Of a DNA stretch of 64,000 nucleotides, positions 63,976 through 64,000 are shown piece by piece (the stretch's first letter is position 1; each line of letters starts with the position of its first letter). The notes beneath the pieces are model-generated. The model ran no database searches, was not told the origin of the DNA, and worked only from the letters and a program-made list of their open reading frames with translations. The DNA is from Armatimonadota bacterium (lineage in GTDB: Bacteria > Armatimonadota > Zipacnadia > Zipacnadales > UBA11051): the NCBI GenBank assembly GCA_013178155.1, contig JABLXH010000006.1, forward strand, positions 37,292-101,291, read 5' to 3'. The position numbers and the translations under genes were made by a program.

Positions 63976-64000
63976 GTCAACTGTGAACTCGTGCTCATAG

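Overview
This is a high-GC (about 65-70%), gene-dense bacterial chromosomal segment of 64 kb. I found no rRNA, tRNA, CRISPR array, transposase or integrase.

Glycan degradation dominates the content. Many of the enzymes are secreted:
- clan GH-A glycosidases with NEP/TE catalytic motifs;
- a GH29 alpha-L-fucosidase;
- a BNR/Asp-box sialidase-like protein;
- a GH172/DUF2961 protein and DUF4838/DUF4091-like proteins;
- a Cys-type sulfatase.

One long minus-strand operon (24.4-34.2 kb) embeds a glycyl-radical enzyme and a Zn-dependent alcohol dehydrogenase among these hydrolases. No radical-SAM activase for the glycyl-radical enzyme is present in the window.

Several housekeeping and accessory modules are interspersed:
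- an orphan rtcA translationally coupled to a DUF1844 gene and followed by a creatininase-family gene;
- tsaE, a tsaB-rimI fusion, and tsaD;
- a pterin/folate operon (PCD, FolM-like, folB, folK, folE);
- sat, an alkaline-phosphatase-superfamily (AP-superfamily) enzyme, cysC, and a WbaP-type priming glycosyltransferase, which suggests a sulfated exopolysaccharide;
- a mannitol-1-phosphate dehydrogenase-like gene and trpC;
- a HAF-repeat protein with a lipobox and a PEP-CTERM sorting signal, divergent from a GT-C glycosyltransferase;
- a vapB-vapC toxin-antitoxin pair whose downstream M14 carboxypeptidase is start/stop-overlapped with vapC.

Five non-coding or structural oddities stand out:
- a 10-unit tandem decamer array (GNTAACCCTY, telomere-like, G4-prone on the gene strand) next to a perfect 15-bp-stem hairpin at 2.37-2.53 kb;
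- a tandemly duplicated element of about 90 nt containing three hairpins, between trpC and an LmbE-like gene (61.8-62.0 kb);
- a perfect 10-4-10 palindrome just downstream of a sigma70-like promoter upstream of sat;
- a Gfo/Idh/MocA oxidoreductase ORF that reads without a stop into a zinc-ribbon membrane protein that has its own RBS and ATG (8.0-10.0 kb);
- a lower-GC (about 53-58%) islet at 50.5-52.2 kb.

All calls rest on reading the six-frame translations and on motif recollection. No database searches were run.
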